This document shows positions 20,184 through 30,547 of a DNA stretch of 62,568 nt, piece after piece. The stretch is from assembly GCA_016874975.1 (NCBI GenBank), contig VGSQ01000003.1:1-62568 (forward strand). The letters are read 5' to 3'. The position numbers were made by a program, and so were the translations under genes. The first letter of the stretch is position 1. The number at the start of each line of letters is the position of its first letter. The DNA is from Deltaproteobacteria bacterium. GTDB lineage: Bacteria; Desulfobacterota; Desulfobaccia; Desulfobaccales; 0-14-0-80-60-11. Under the pieces are notes generated by a model. The model worked only from the letters and a program-made list of their open reading frames with translations. It was not told where the DNA came from and ran no database searches.

Positions 20184-20214
20184 TGACACCTGACACCTGG
20201 CACCTGAAACCTGC
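20184..20214. repeat. Heptanucleotide tandem array (TGACACC TGACACC TGGCACC TGAAACC)
   Basis: Read directly. Fills the flgG-flgA spacer and abuts the flgA RBS. Confidence 0.85.
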
Positions 20215-20997
20215 CTAAGTCTTCAGGTGATAAGCCCGCTCCATCATGGCGTCCGCGGTCTGGATGGCCTTGGAATTGAGTTCGTAGGCCCGCTGGGCGA
20301 TGATCATGTTCACCATTTCCTCCACCACGTTGACGTTGGAGACCTCCAGGTAGCCCTGGGCGATGGTGCCCACGCCGTCGATGCCGGGCTGGCCTTCGAT
20401 GGGGCTGCCCGAGGCCTCGGTCTCCTGGAAGAGGTTGCGGCCCACGTTGCTCAGGCCCGCCTGGTTGGGGAAGGTGTACAGGGTGACCTTGGTGGTGGCG
20501 AGCGATTTATTGTCGGGCCCGAAACAGGTGATGTTGCCGCTGGTGTCCACCGAAAGGTACACCGTCTGCTGGGGCACGCTGAATTCGGGCTGGAGCCGGT
20601 CGCCGTTGGGGGTGGTGACGAAGCCGTCCTTGTCGATCTTGAAGGACCCGGCCCGGGTGTAATAATCGATGCTGTTGCTTATCACCTTGAAGAACCCCTT
20701 GCCTTCGATGGCTAGGTCCAGCTCGTTTTCCGTGTGCACGTAGTCGCCCTGGGAAAAGATCTTGGAGATGCCCACCGGCCTGACCCCCAGACCCACCTGG
20801 AGGCTGGTGGGGACCTGACCCCCCGAAGGGAGCTCGCCCCCGGCCTGGCGGATGGTCTGGTAGACCAGGTCCTCGAAGTCGCCCCGGCTCTTTTTAAAGC
20901 CGGTGGTGTTGACGTTGGCCAGGTTGTTGGCGATGATGTCCAGCCGCAGTTGCTGGGCCCCCATGCCGGTGGCCGCCGAAAACATGCCGCGAAACAT
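20215..20997 (-). CDS. flgG: Flagellar distal rod protein FlgG
   Basis: MFRGMFSAATGMGAQQLRLDIIANNLANVNTTGFK, C-terminal AQRAYELNSK. Confidence 0.96.
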   Translation of the reverse strand: MFRGMFSAATGMGAQQLRLDIIANNLANVNTTGFKKSRGDFEDLVYQTIRQAGGELPSGGQVPTSLQVGLGVRPVGISKIFSQGDYVHTENELDLAIEGKGFFKVISNSIDYYTRAGSFKIDKDGFVTTPNGDRLQPEFSVPQQTVYLSVDTSGNITCFGPDNKSLATTKVTLYTFPNQAGLSNVGRNLFQETEASGSPIEGQPGIDGVGTIAQGYLEVSNVNVVEEMVNMIIAQRAYELNSKAIQTADAMMERAYHLKT

Positions 20998-21014
20998 GCT
21001 CTTGCCCCTCCTTC

Positions 21015-21746
21015 TCAGGCGGTGCGTCCGACCTCATCCACCATTTTGCGGTCGGCCTCGGTGAAGGTGTCCAACACCTTGAGATAGGCTTCGAAGCTGC
21101 GCTGGATGTCGATGAGGGCCACCGCCTCGGCCACCTGGTCCACGTTGCTTTCCTCCACCGCGCCCTGGAGCACCCGGGCTCCCTGGGCCGGGGTCTCCTC
21201 TCCCGAGTCCGCGTTGGCGGCGAAATAGTTCCGCCCTTCGGCCCTGAGCCCCTGGAGATGGGGGAAATCCACCACGCTGAGCTGTCCGCTGATGGAGCCG
21301 TCCAGATGCACGCCGCCCTCCTGGTCAATGGAAAATTTCTGGTCGATGCTGTCCAGGGCGATGGGGCCGTTGCTCCCCAGCACGGGGTAGCCCTCCCGGG
21401 TGACGAGCTGTTTTTCGGCGTTGAGCTGGAAACAGCCGTGGCGGGTGTAGCGCACCCCCCGGGGCGTCTCCACCTTGAAGAAGCCCGATCCCTGGATGGC
21501 CAGGTCCGTCTCATTCTCGGTGTTGTGCAGGGCCCCCTGACTGAAGTCCCGGCGCAGCACGTCCACATAGGCGGCCGGGCGCTGGCCCCCCGGAGGCCCG
21601 GGTTCCGGGACCTGAAGCCGCCACTGGTGCAGGAGTTGCCGTTTGAAACCGGCGGTGCTGGCGTTGGCCAGGTTGTGGCTCACCGCGTCCAGTTCCTTGG
21701 TGGCCCGCACCCCCATATAGGCCGCCATGTTCCAACCGATGTTCAT
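21015..21746 (-). CDS. flgF: Flagellar proximal rod protein FlgF
   Basis: ATG 21746 (RBS GGAGAGG). AVSHNLANASTAGFK, C-terminal IQRSFEAYLKV. Confidence 0.9.
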   Translation of the reverse strand: MNIGWNMAAYMGVRATKELDAVSHNLANASTAGFKRQLLHQWRLQVPEPGPPGGQRPAAYVDVLRRDFSQGALHNTENETDLAIQGSGFFKVETPRGVRYTRHGCFQLNAEKQLVTREGYPVLGSNGPIALDSIDQKFSIDQEGGVHLDGSISGQLSVVDFPHLQGLRAEGRNYFAANADSGEETPAQGARVLQGAVEESNVDQVAEAVALIDIQRSFEAYLKVLDTFTEADRKMVDEVGRTA

Positions 21747-21804
21747 ATCGTCCTCTCCCCGGGCCGTTTGTCCGGCCGGGACCTCGGGCGTTGTCTGACA
21801 AATT

Positions 21805-21820
21805 TGCAAAGGCGGTGCCA
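21805..21820 (-). promoter_or_regulatory. Sigma-54 promoter upstream of flgF
   Basis: Minus strand reads TGGCACCGCCTTTGCA, an exact TGGCAC-N5-TTGCA, about 60 nt upstream of ATG 21746. Confidence 0.75.
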
Positions 21821-22077
21821 TAAATTTTTGTCAAGCAATATCAGCATCTTTGTCAAAACAACCCTCCCTCCCCGGCGGCCCTGGGGGGAAAATCTTGCCG
21901 AGCGCCGCGGCGCCGCCCCTGCCGGCCCCCATCTTGCAAAATACTGAGGTAAACGATAATTTTAAACAAATGCCTTTTTTCACCTGGTTCCCAAGCTAAA
22001 CCTGGGAACTTGATAGGTAGCGCGGGCTCTGCCCGCCGCATTCATGTTACGGGGCTCCGGTCGGGCTACAGGTGTTG

Positions 22078-22130
22078 TCCGAAGCAGGAGCTTCGGGGGC
22101 AAGTGCGTTCCCAAGCAGGAGCTTGGGAAC
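22078..22130. repeat. 53-nt double-hairpin REP element (GAAGCAGGAGCTTC + GTTCCCAAGCAGGAGCTTGGGAAC)
   Basis: Matches 36658..36710 with one mismatch over 53 nt. Lies in the flgF/mfd divergent spacer. Confidence 0.9.
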
Positions 22131-22312
22131 GAGGCTTAGGTTGCTCTTTATCCCTTCCCCAACACTTATGGGGTAATGCTCATCCCATCAGGGGAGAGAA
22201 GAAAAGGCTTGGCATGTTCTGAAACTCCCTCTCCCCCGGCGGGGGCAGAGGGCCGGGGTGAGGGGGGAGAGACGCGCGTCAGGCCCGGAGGTTATAAACC
22301 GATTTTTTCCCT

Positions 22313-25300
22313 ATGGACAAACTGACTTACTTGGGAGCCCGGTGGCAGGAGGTGGCCGCGGCCCTGGCGGCGGGAGTGCGGGAGCTGTCCCTGGAGGGCC
22401 TCACCCCCGCGGCGGGGGCCTACGTCTTGGCCCGCCTGTTCGGGAAGCTGGGGCGCACCCTGCTCCTGGTCACCCCTGATGCCGCCGCCCAGGAGAGCTT
22501 TCTCAAGGATTTGCGGTTCTTTCTGGGCGGTCTGCCCCCTTCCGCGGCGGGGGGCTGGTCCCGATTGCGGGGTTTTCCGGCCCACGAACTCCTGCCCTTC
22601 CGCACCCTGGACCTGGACCACGAGGTCAGCGCCGCCCGGGTGGGCGCCGCCTACCTGGCCCTCACTGCGCCGGAGCCCCTCTTCCTGGTGGCCCCGGCAG
22701 CCGCGCTGCGGGAAAAGCTGCCGCCCCGGCAACGCCTCCGGGACGCCTTCCTCTACGTGGTGGAGGGGGAAGAGTTGGACCGGCAGTTTTTTCTCCGGCA
22801 GTTGCAGGCCGGCGGCTACGAGCGCCGTCCCCTGGTGGAGGAGCGGGGTGAATTCAGCGTCCGGGGAGGCATCGTCGACCTGTTTCCGCCGCTCTATGAG
22901 CAGCCGGTGCGCCTGGAATTCGTGGGCGACGAAGCGGACTCCCTGCGCCACTTCGACCCCGCCACGCAGCGCTCCCAGGGGCGTTTGCAGGACCTGGTGG
23001 TGCTGCCGGCCCACGAGATCATCCTGGACGAGGCGGCCCGGGAGTTCGCCCTGAGCGGCCGCCGCCGCCGCCAGGACCCCCAGTTCTGGCACTTCGTCCA
23101 GGAGGGCGTCCACTTTCCCGGCATGGAGCGCCACCTGCATGAGTTTTACCCCGACCCCGCCACCTTCTGGGACTACCTGCCCCCCGGCGCGGTGGTGGTG
23201 GAGTGGGACCCCGTCAACCTGGCGCGGGAACTGGCCCGACTCCCGGAGCAGGCCGACGGCAACGGCGCCGGCTGGCTGGATGAGGAAGCCTGGGAGAGCC
23301 GCCGCCGGGACTTCCCCGTGCTCCAATGCCGGGTCCTCCCCCTGGGCGGGGATGGAGACGGCCGTTTTGCCTTCCGCACGGAAAAAAACGACACTCTGGC
23401 CCGGGAACTGGCGGCCGCGGGGGAGGCGGACGGCCGCCTGGTCCCGGCCCTGGCCCAGCGCCTGGAGCGCTGGCGCCGGGAGGGCTGGCAGACGGTGCTG
23501 GTGGCCCTGAACCGTCACCGGGGCGAGCGCCTGGCCCGCCTGCTGCGGGAAGAGGGCCTGGAGGCCGACCTGGACGAGGACCCCGCCTGGGAGGCCGGGC
23601 CGGGAGTGGCCATCACGCCGGGAGAGCTGTCCGGGGGCTTCCGCCTGCCCGCCGTCCGGGTCATCGTCCTCACCGAAGACGAGGCCCTGGGCTTCCGCCC
23701 CGAAGGACGCCGGCGCAAGGAAGTCCGCCCCCTGCAGCAGCTCACCTCCCTGGACGACCTGGCCGAAGGGGACCTCATCGTCCACCTGGACCACGGCATC
23801 GGCTTCTACCGGGGGCTGGTCAAGCTCACCGTGGGGCCCCAGGTCAACGACTTCCTGGAGCTGGAATACCAGGGCGGGGACCGGCTCTTCCTGCCGGTGG
23901 ACCGCCTCCACCTGGTGCAAAAGTATCTGGGCGTGGAGGGCGCGGCCCCCAAGGTGGACCGCCTGGGGGGCAAGTCCTGGGAACGGGCCAAGCGCCGGGT
24001 CAAAAAGGCGGTGGAAAAGATCGCCCGGGAGCTGGTGGAGCTCTACGCCGCCCGGCGGGTGCTGCCCGGCCACGGTTTTTCACCGCCTGACCCCCTGTTC
24101 CGGGAATTCGAGGCCACGTTCCCTTATGAAGAGACGCCGGACCAGCTCCAGGCCGTGGCCGAGGTGCTGGCCGACATGATGAGCGACCAGCCCATGGACC
24201 GCCTCATCTGCGGCGACGTGGGCTACGGCAAGACCGAGGTGGCCCTGCGGGCCTCCTTCAAGGCCGCCATGGACGGCAAGCAGGTGGCGGTGCTGGTGCC
24301 CACCACGGTGCTGGCGGAGCAGCACTACGACACCTTCATCGGCCGCCTGGCCCACTTCCCCCTGGAGGTGCGGGTGCTGTCCCGCTTCAAGTCGCCCATG
24401 GAGCAGAAGCGCATCCTGGCGGAACTGGCCCAGGGCAAGGCGGACGTGGTCATCGGCACGCACCGGCTCCTTTCCAAGGATGTGGCGTTCAAGGACCTGG
24501 GCCTCATCATCGTGGACGAGGAGCAGCGCTTCGGCGTCAGCCAGAAGGAGAAGCTGAAGCAATGGCGCAGGACGGTGGACGTCCTCACCCTCACCGCCAC
24601 CCCCATTCCCCGCACGCTGCAGCTGTCCCTCACGGGTCTCAGGGAATTGAGCCTCATCAACACCCCCCCGGAGAACCGGCGCGCCATCCGCACCTACCTG
24701 TGCCTGCCGGAGCCGCCGGTGGTGCAGGCGGCCATCCGCCGGGAACTGGCCCGACGGGGCCAGGTCTTTTTCGTGCACAACCGGGTGCAAAACCTGTCCA
24801 CCTGGGCCCGCTGGGTCCAGGGGCTGGCCCCCGAAGCCCGGGTGGCCATGGCCCACGGGCAGATGCCCGAGCGGGAGCTGGAGCGCGTCATGGTGCGCTT
24901 CTGGCGGGGCGAGGTGGACGTGCTGGTCTGCACCGCCATCATCGAAGCGGGCCTGGACATCCCCGCGGCCAACACCATCATCATCAACCGGGCCCACGGT
25001 CTGGGTCTGGCCCAGCTCTACCAGTTGCGGGGCCGGGTGGGGCGCAGCCAGGCGCAGGCCTATGCCTATCTCCTGGTGCCCGACGAGGCCGCCCTGTCCA
25101 CCGAGGCCCAGAAACGCCTCAAGGCCCTGATGGAATTCACCGAACTGGGCTCCGGCTACAAAATCGCCCTGCACGACCTGCAGATCCGGGGCGCCGGCAA
25201 CCTCCTGGGCCAGGCCCAGTCCGGCCACCTGGCCGAAGTGGGCTACGAGCTCTACCTGCAGCTCCTGGAGCAGGCCATCCGGGAGATGAAGGGCGAGCCC

Positions 25301-25771
25301 GGGGAGGAGGAGGCCCCCGAGCCGGAGATCCGGGTGCCCGTGGCCGCCTATCTCCCCGAAGACTTCGTCCCCGACGTGCAGCAGCGCCTCAGCCTCTACC
25401 GCCGGCTCTCCGGCCGCCTCACGGACCAGGGGTTGGCCGATCTGGAGGGAGAACTCCTGGACCGCTTCGGCCCCCTGCCCGACGAGGCCCGCTCCCTGCT
25501 GCAGGTGGTGCGTTTGCGCCAACGCCTGCGGGAGCTGGGCCTCAGACGCCTGGAGGTGGCCGACGGCCATGCCGTCCTCACCTTCGCCGCCCCGGAGCGC
25601 CTGGACCTGAAGTGCCTCCTGCACCTGGTGCAGCAGCGGCCCCGGCGCTACCGCCTCCATCCGGACCAGACCCTCAGGGTGCGTCTGGATGAAGGCGCTT
25701 TCACCCTGAGCGCCGTGCAAAACTGCTTGAAAGACGTGGAGACATTTGTTATGGGGGAGCTAGAGAGGTAG
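22313..25771 (+). CDS. mfd: Transcription-repair coupling factor
   Basis: 1152 aa. UvrB-like N-terminus, CarD-like DHGIGFYRG, SF2 helicase GDVGYGKTEVA / DEEQRFG, TRCF C-domain. Confidence 0.97.
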   Translation: MDKLTYLGARWQEVAAALAAGVRELSLEGLTPAAGAYVLARLFGKLGRTLLLVTPDAAAQESFLKDLRFFLGGLPPSAAGGWSRLRGFPAHELLPFRTLDLDHEVSAARVGAAYLALTAPEPLFLVAPAAALREKLPPRQRLRDAFLYVVEGEELDRQFFLRQLQAGGYERRPLVEERGEFSVRGGIVDLFPPLYEQPVRLEFVGDEADSLRHFDPATQRSQGRLQDLVVLPAHEIILDEAAREFALSGRRRRQDPQFWHFVQEGVHFPGMERHLHEFYPDPATFWDYLPPGAVVVEWDPVNLARELARLPEQADGNGAGWLDEEAWESRRRDFPVLQCRVLPLGGDGDGRFAFRTEKNDTLARELAAAGEADGRLVPALAQRLERWRREGWQTVLVALNRHRGERLARLLREEGLEADLDEDPAWEAGPGVAITPGELSGGFRLPAVRVIVLTEDEALGFRPEGRRRKEVRPLQQLTSLDDLAEGDLIVHLDHGIGFYRGLVKLTVGPQVNDFLELEYQGGDRLFLPVDRLHLVQKYLGVEGAAPKVDRLGGKSWERAKRRVKKAVEKIARELVELYAARRVLPGHGFSPPDPLFREFEATFPYEETPDQLQAVAEVLADMMSDQPMDRLICGDVGYGKTEVALRASFKAAMDGKQVAVLVPTTVLAEQHYDTFIGRLAHFPLEVRVLSRFKSPMEQKRILAELAQGKADVVIGTHRLLSKDVAFKDLGLIIVDEEQRFGVSQKEKLKQWRRTVDVLTLTATPIPRTLQLSLTGLRELSLINTPPENRRAIRTYLCLPEPPVVQAAIRRELARRGQVFFVHNRVQNLSTWARWVQGLAPEARVAMAHGQMPERELERVMVRFWRGEVDVLVCTAIIEAGLDIPAANTIIINRAHGLGLAQLYQLRGRVGRSQAQAYAYLLVPDEAALSTEAQKRLKALMEFTELGSGYKIALHDLQIRGAGNLLGQAQSGHLAEVGYELYLQLLEQAIREMKGEPGEEEAPEPEIRVPVAAYLPEDFVPDVQQRLSLYRRLSGRLTDQGLADLEGELLDRFGPLPDEARSLLQVVRLRQRLRELGLRRLEVADGHAVLTFAAPERLDLKCLLHLVQQRPRRYRLHPDQTLRVRLDEGAFTLSAVQNCLKDVETFVMGELER

Positions 25772-25774
25772 ATC

Positions 25775-26722
25775 ATGACCGCGAAATCTGGCGTATGCCT
25801 GATAATTCTGCTGTCGGCCGGACTCTTCGGCTGGGCCCGCCCCTCTCCCGGGGAAATCATCGACCGGGTGGTGGCCGTGGTCAACGACGAAGTCATCAGC
25901 CTTTCCGAAGTGGAGCAACTGGCCAGAACCTTGCAAGCGCAGGCCGGCATGGCTCCCAGACCCAAAGAAACCAAAACCATCCAGCGACAGGTGCTGGAGG
26001 CCCTCATCGACCAGAAGCTGGCCCGGGCCGAGGCCAAACGCCGGGGCATCACCGTCTCCGACAAAGACCTGGAACAGGCCCTGGCCGATTTCAAAAAGCG
26101 CAATCAGATCACCAGTGACGAGGCCCTGAACCAGGCTCTGGGCAAGGCGGGCATCACCCTCAAGGAGCTGAGGCAGCAGATCAGCGACCAGATCCTTCAG
26201 GACCGCCTCATGGCCGTGGTGCTGAAAAGCAGGCTCTCCGTCAGCGAGGCCGAGGTCCGCCGTTATTACGAGACGGAGTTTCCCAAAGAGAGGGGCCAGC
26301 GGGTGCACCTGAAGGTCATGGAAATGCCCTTCCCGCCAGGGGCTTCTCCGGCCCAGAAGGAGGAAATGCAAAAGAAGGCGGAGCAGATTCTCCTGGGAAT
26401 TCGCCAGGGTTCCTCCCTGGAAAGCATGGGCGCCAAATTCTCCGTTCCGGTCCGGGATCTGGGCTTCATTTCCGCCGGCGACCTGAATCCCAAACTGGCG
26501 GAATTTCTGGGCCGCCTCAAGCCCGGCGAGGTGGCCCCCATCCAACTCCCGGAGGGCTTCCAGATCATCCAGTTCATGGGGAAAAAATCCGGCCAGCCCC
26601 TTTCCTACGAGGAGGTGGCCCCCCAGATCCGCAATTTCCTGATGCGCCAGACCGTGGAAAAACAGTTTTCCCAATGGGTGAAAACCCTCCGGGAAAAGGC
26701 CGTGATCAAGATCATGCTGTGA
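25775..26722 (+). CDS. SurA-type periplasmic chaperone / parvulin peptidyl-prolyl isomerase
   Basis: Signal peptide, SurA_N-like [19 protein letters not shown]-terminal rotamase domain. Confidence 0.85.
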   Translation: MTAKSGVCLIILLSAGLFGWARPSPGEIIDRVVAVVNDEVISLSEVEQLARTLQAQAGMAPRPKETKTIQRQVLEALIDQKLARAEAKRRGITVSDKDLEQALADFKKRNQITSDEALNQALGKAGITLKELRQQISDQILQDRLMAVVLKSRLSVSEAEVRRYYETEFPKERGQRVHLKVMEMPFPPGASPAQKEEMQKKAEQILLGIRQGSSLESMGAKFSVPVRDLGFISAGDLNPKLAEFLGRLKPGEVAPIQLPEGFQIIQFMGKKSGQPLSYEEVAPQIRNFLMRQTVEKQFSQWVKTLREKAVIKIML

Positions 26723-26760
26723 TTGTCCGCCGCCGGGCGCTCTTACGGTGCACCGCCGTC

Positions 26761-28077
26761 ATGTCCGACCAGGAACCTTCTCCGGCCGTTAGCATTTCCC
26801 ACCTGCCCCGCCACGTGGGCCGGTCCGTCACCCTGCGGGGCTGGGTCACTCACCTACGCTCCAGCGGCAAGGTGCGTTTCCTGGTCCTGCGGGACGGGAG
26901 CGGTCTGGCCCAGGCCGTGCTGGTCAAGGGCCAGGTCCCCGAGGCCGATTTCGCCGCCTTCGACCGCCTCACCCTGGAATCCTCCCTGGTCCTCGAGGGC
27001 CTGGTGCGGGCCGAGCCCCGGGCGCCGGGGGGCTTTGAGGTGCAGGTGACCGCCCTCACCCCGGTTCACCTGGCCCAGGACTACCCCATCGCCCCCAAGG
27101 AGCACGGCGTGGGCTTCCTCATGGACCACCGCCACCTGTGGCTGCGCTCGCCCCGGCAGCAGGCCATCCTGAAAGTGCGGGACGAAATCTCCCGGGCCTG
27201 CCGGGACTTCTTCCATGCGCGGGACTTCATCCTCATCGACACCCCCATCCTCACCCCCGCGGCCTGCGAAGGCACCACCACCCTCTTTGAGACCGATTAT
27301 CTGGGCCGGGGCAAGGCCTATCTCTCCCAGAGCGGGCAGCTCTATCTGGAGGCCGCGGCCATGGCCCTGGGCCGGGTCTATTGCTTCGGGCCCACCTTCC
27401 GGGCGGAAAAGTCCAAGACCCGCCGCCACCTGATGGAATTCTGGATGGTGGAGGCCGAAGCCGCCTTCTTCACCCTGGACGACGTCATGGCCCTGGCCGA
27501 AGACCTGGTGCGCACCCTGGTCTCCCGGGTCCTGGAACGCCAGCAACCCGCCCTGGCCGCCCTGGAGCGGGACACCGGGCCCCTGGAGGCGGTGCTGGCC
27601 GGGCCCTTCCCACGGCTGAGCTATGGCGAAGTTTTGGAGCGCCTGAAGGATGCGGGCGCGGAACTGGCCTGGGGAGAAGATTTGGGCGGCGACGAAGAGA
27701 CCCTGGTATCAAAAATGTTCGACCGGCCCCTGCTGGTGCACCGCTACCCTTTGAGCTGCAAGGCTTTTTACATGGAGGCCGACCCGGCCGACCCCAGGCT
27801 CGCCCTGTGCGTGGACCTGCTGGCCCCGGAGGGCTACGGCGAGATCGTGGGCGGCTCCCAGCGCGTCGCCGACCTGGACGTCCTGCTGGGCCGCATCAAG
27901 GATCATAATCTGCCCCAGGAGCCCTTTGAGTGGTACCTGGACCTCAGGCGCTACGGCAGCGCGCCCCATGGCGGCTTCGGCCTGGGCCTGGAGCGGGTGG
28001 TGGCCTGGCTCTGCGGCCTGCACCACGTCCGGGAGGCCATCCCCTTCCCGCGGCTGCTGGACCGGCTGTATCCTTAG
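26761..28077 (+). CDS. asnS: Asparagine--tRNA ligase (class IIb)
   Basis: ATG 26761. OB-fold [62 protein letters not shown]. Confidence 0.92.
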   Translation: MSDQEPSPAVSISHLPRHVGRSVTLRGWVTHLRSSGKVRFLVLRDGSGLAQAVLVKGQVPEADFAAFDRLTLESSLVLEGLVRAEPRAPGGFEVQVTALTPVHLAQDYPIAPKEHGVGFLMDHRHLWLRSPRQQAILKVRDEISRACRDFFHARDFILIDTPILTPAACEGTTTLFETDYLGRGKAYLSQSGQLYLEAAAMALGRVYCFGPTFRAEKSKTRRHLMEFWMVEAEAAFFTLDDVMALAEDLVRTLVSRVLERQQPALAALERDTGPLEAVLAGPFPRLSYGEVLERLKDAGAELAWGEDLGGDEETLVSKMFDRPLLVHRYPLSCKAFYMEADPADPRLALCVDLLAPEGYGEIVGGSQRVADLDVLLGRIKDHNLPQEPFEWYLDLRRYGSAPHGGFGLGLERVVAWLCGLHHVREAIPFPRLLDRLYP

Positions 28078-28110
28078 AAAATGAAGAAAGGCGATAAGGC
28101 CACATAATGC

Positions 28111-28276
28111 GTAGGGCGGGAAAGCGAAGCGCATCCCGCCGTCAAGACGGTTATGTCCGGAGACTTTGCATAATACACTTTTTATTATATTTCCAGTTAG
28201 TTATGCTTTATTTCAGAGAAACCTTGAATCCGCTCAGCATAGAAAAGGCGGGATGCGCTTCGCTTTCCCGCCCTAC
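28111..28276. mobile_element. MITE-like element: perfect 30-bp terminal inverted repeats around a 106-bp AT-rich core
   Basis: GTAGGGCGGGAAAGCGAAGCGCATCCCGCC at 28111-28140 is the exact reverse complement of 28247-28276. Single arms recur at 36553-36582 and 50365-50394. Confidence 0.6.
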
Positions 28277-28376
28277 GCTACGCTCTACGCTCAAAAAGAG
28301 GCTCAAAATCTATGAGCCGCTTTCGGAGTAAAGGAAATAATCCATTTCCTACTTCCCCACAGTTACAATCTACTTC

Positions 28377-29549
28377 ATGCCCCAAGACAACTTCCTGCGC
28401 CTGCAAATCCTGGTATTTACTTTAGTGGCCGCGGCGTTCACCACCGTTTATCTCACCCAGCCGGTGCTGCCGGTGATTCAGGGGGAATTCCACGTGAGCG
28501 CTTCGGTGGCCTCCCTCACCGTGTCCGCGGTGATCCTGGGCATGGCCCTGGCCAATCTGCCCTTCGGCGCCCTGGCGGACCGGGTGCCGGCGCCGCGCCT
28601 CATCGGCCTGGGGGGCACCCTGGTGGCCGGGGCGGGGCTGCTGTGCGCCCTCACCGCCAGCTTTCCCCTGCTGGTGGCCGGGCGCTTCCTCCAGGGGGTC
28701 TTCATCCCCTGCCTCAGCACCTGCGTGGCCGCCTATCTGGCCGGGGCCCTGCCGCCGGCGCGCCTCAATGTGGTCATGGGGGCCTACGTCTCCGCCACCG
28801 TGGCCGGGGGGCTCTCCGGCCGCCTTCTGGGGGGGTGGCTGCACCCGCCCCTGCACTGGCGCTACGCCTTCGTCACCGCCTCCCTGCTGCTGCTGGCCGC
28901 GGCCTGGGCCGCCGCCCTGGGCCTGCCCCGCCCGGCGCGCCTCCCCGCCTCTCCCGAGGAACCGGCCGGCTTCTCGGCCCTCCTGGCGCAGCCGGAGATC
29001 CGGCGCCTCTACCTGGTTCCCTTCGGGGCCTTTTTCGTTTTTTCCTCGGTTTTCAATTATCTGCCCTTTTATCTCGCCGGGCCGCCCTTTTTCGCCTCCA
29101 TCAACCTCATCACCGCCATGTATCTCACTTACATCGTGGGCATCTTCATCGGGCCGGCGGCGGGCGTCCTGAGCAACCGGCTGGGCAACGGCGCCACCAT
29201 GGCCCTGGGCGCCGTGGTCTTCGCCGGATCGCTGCTGGCCTCCCTGATACCCGCGGTCGCCATGGTGGTGGCCTCCCTGCTGGGCGTCTGCGCCGGCTTT
29301 TTCGCCATCCACGCCGCCGCCGCGGGCTCCCTCAACCGCCGCCTCAGCTCCGGCCGGGGCCGGGCCAACTCCCTGTACGTGCTCTCTTATTATTTGGGCG
29401 GCGCCCTGGGCATTTCCCTGAGCGGCGTCGCCTACGGCCGTGGCGGTTGGCCCGGCCTGGTGGCACTGGGGCTGGCCACCCTGCTGTTGCCCCTGGCTGT
29501 GGGCCTGCGTGACCGCCGGGCCGAGGGGGCCGTCGCCCCCACCGTTTAG
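28377..29549 (+). CDS. MFS transporter
   Basis: 390 aa, about 12 hydrophobic helices, GALADRVPAPRLIGLG loop motif. Confidence 0.9.
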   Translation: MPQDNFLRLQILVFTLVAAAFTTVYLTQPVLPVIQGEFHVSASVASLTVSAVILGMALANLPFGALADRVPAPRLIGLGGTLVAGAGLLCALTASFPLLVAGRFLQGVFIPCLSTCVAAYLAGALPPARLNVVMGAYVSATVAGGLSGRLLGGWLHPPLHWRYAFVTASLLLLAAAWAAALGLPRPARLPASPEEPAGFSALLAQPEIRRLYLVPFGAFFVFSSVFNYLPFYLAGPPFFASINLITAMYLTYIVGIFIGPAAGVLSNRLGNGATMALGAVVFAGSLLASLIPAVAMVVASLLGVCAGFFAIHAAAAGSLNRRLSSGRGRANSLYVLSYYLGGALGISLSGVAYGRGGWPGLVALGLATLLLPLAVGLRDRRAEGAVAPTV

Positions 29550-29956
29550 GGGCCCTTCGGCCATCTGTTTGACCGGTGCAGACCTCCGGGAAAATCATGC
29601 CGCGCAGCCCTTGACGGCGACCGGGGGCCGCCCTATGACTATGACCATGACATATCCCCCGTTTCATTTTTGTACGGTTCCGGAGCGGTTGCCGGGAAAG
29701 ACCCCGTTCCGGGGCGGGTTTTACGCCCTGGGGTGTCCCTGTCATGGCCGAGAGGATTTCCCAGGGAAGAGACGCTCAGGGGACACAGGCCCCTGCCCGG
29801 GCGCCCGGCCCCGTGGGGGAGCCCCCTCGCGACGGCTTTTCTTTGGCGGCCGATTGTGACAAAATAGAACCGAGGCAAGGGAATTTTGCACGGTGCGGCT
29901 TTTAACATCTTGCCGTTCTGCGGGTCTAAATTGATGAAGCCCGGTGAGGAATCCCC

Positions 29957-30547
29957 ATGACCGACCCTCACCTCGTTGACCGGGCGCAACAGGGAGATCT
30001 CCCGGCCTTCGAGGAACTGGTGAAGAAGTACCAGAAGGAAATCTACGGCTTGGCGTGCCGTCTGGTGCTGGACCTTGAAGAAGCCAAGGACCTGACGCAA
30101 CAGGCTTTTCTTCAGGCCTTCATCCACATCCGGGACTTCCGGCGACAGTCCCAGTTTCGCACCTGGCTTTTTCGGATTGCCATTAATCAGTGCTATAACT
30201 ATTTGAAAAACAAGAAGAAATATGGTGAGCCCACGGACTTCCAGGAAATGCCGCTGCCCAGTGAGGAGACTCCGGACGACACCCTGGTGGCCGAGGAGGA
30301 GCGCCGTCGGCTTTACGCCGCCTTGGGCCGCCTGCCGGCCAAACAGCGGGCGGTGATCACCCTGAAATTGGAGCAGGGACTGTCATATGACGAAATCAGC
30401 CGGGTCCTGGGCGGGTCCGCGGGCGCAGCCCGGGTCAATTACTGCCAGGCCCTGAAAACCTTAAAAAAGCATCTGCACAGTGAGGACAACCATGAAGTGG
30501 CGATGCGCTCTATTCCAGCGGTGGCTGCCCGCATATCTCGACGGTGA
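29957..30547 (+). CDS. ECF-type RNA polymerase sigma-70 factor
   Basis: Region 2 FEELVKKYQKEIYGLACRL...FRTWLFRIAINQCYN and a region 4 HTH. Confidence 0.92.
   Translation: MTDPHLVDRAQQGDLPAFEELVKKYQKEIYGLACRLVLDLEEAKDLTQQAFLQAFIHIRDFRRQSQFRTWLFRIAINQCYNYLKNKKKYGEPTDFQEMPLPSEETPDDTLVAEEERRRLYAALGRLPAKQRAVITLKLEQGLSYDEISRVLGGSAGAARVNYCQALKTLKKHLHSEDNHEVAMRSIPAVAARISRR

Noticed and set aside
20198-20214. TGGCAC motifs inside heptamer arrays (also 33905-33911 and 36773-36786) as sigma-54 -24 elements
   Set aside because: They are on the strand opposite to the flanking genes. The GG-to-GC spacing is 12 nt rather than 10, and they are simply variants of the repeat unit.
22292-25720. 593-aa and 546-aa ORFs on the minus strand opposite mfd
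   Set aside because: They are antisense shadows of a well-supported 1152-aa Mfd gene in GC-rich DNA. Their translations are low-complexity (G/P/A/L/Q/H-rich) with no recognisable motifs.
28107-28331. 74-aa ORF spanning the MITE-like element
   Set aside because: It starts in one inverted-repeat arm and ends beyond the other. It has no RBS and its composition only reflects the AT-rich core.
29903-29927. ECF-type autoregulatory promoter candidate (AAC-17 nt-GTCTAA) upstream of the ECF sigma gene
   Set aside because: The -35 region reads TTTAAC rather than GGAAC/TGAAC. It is plausible but not distinguishable from chance.
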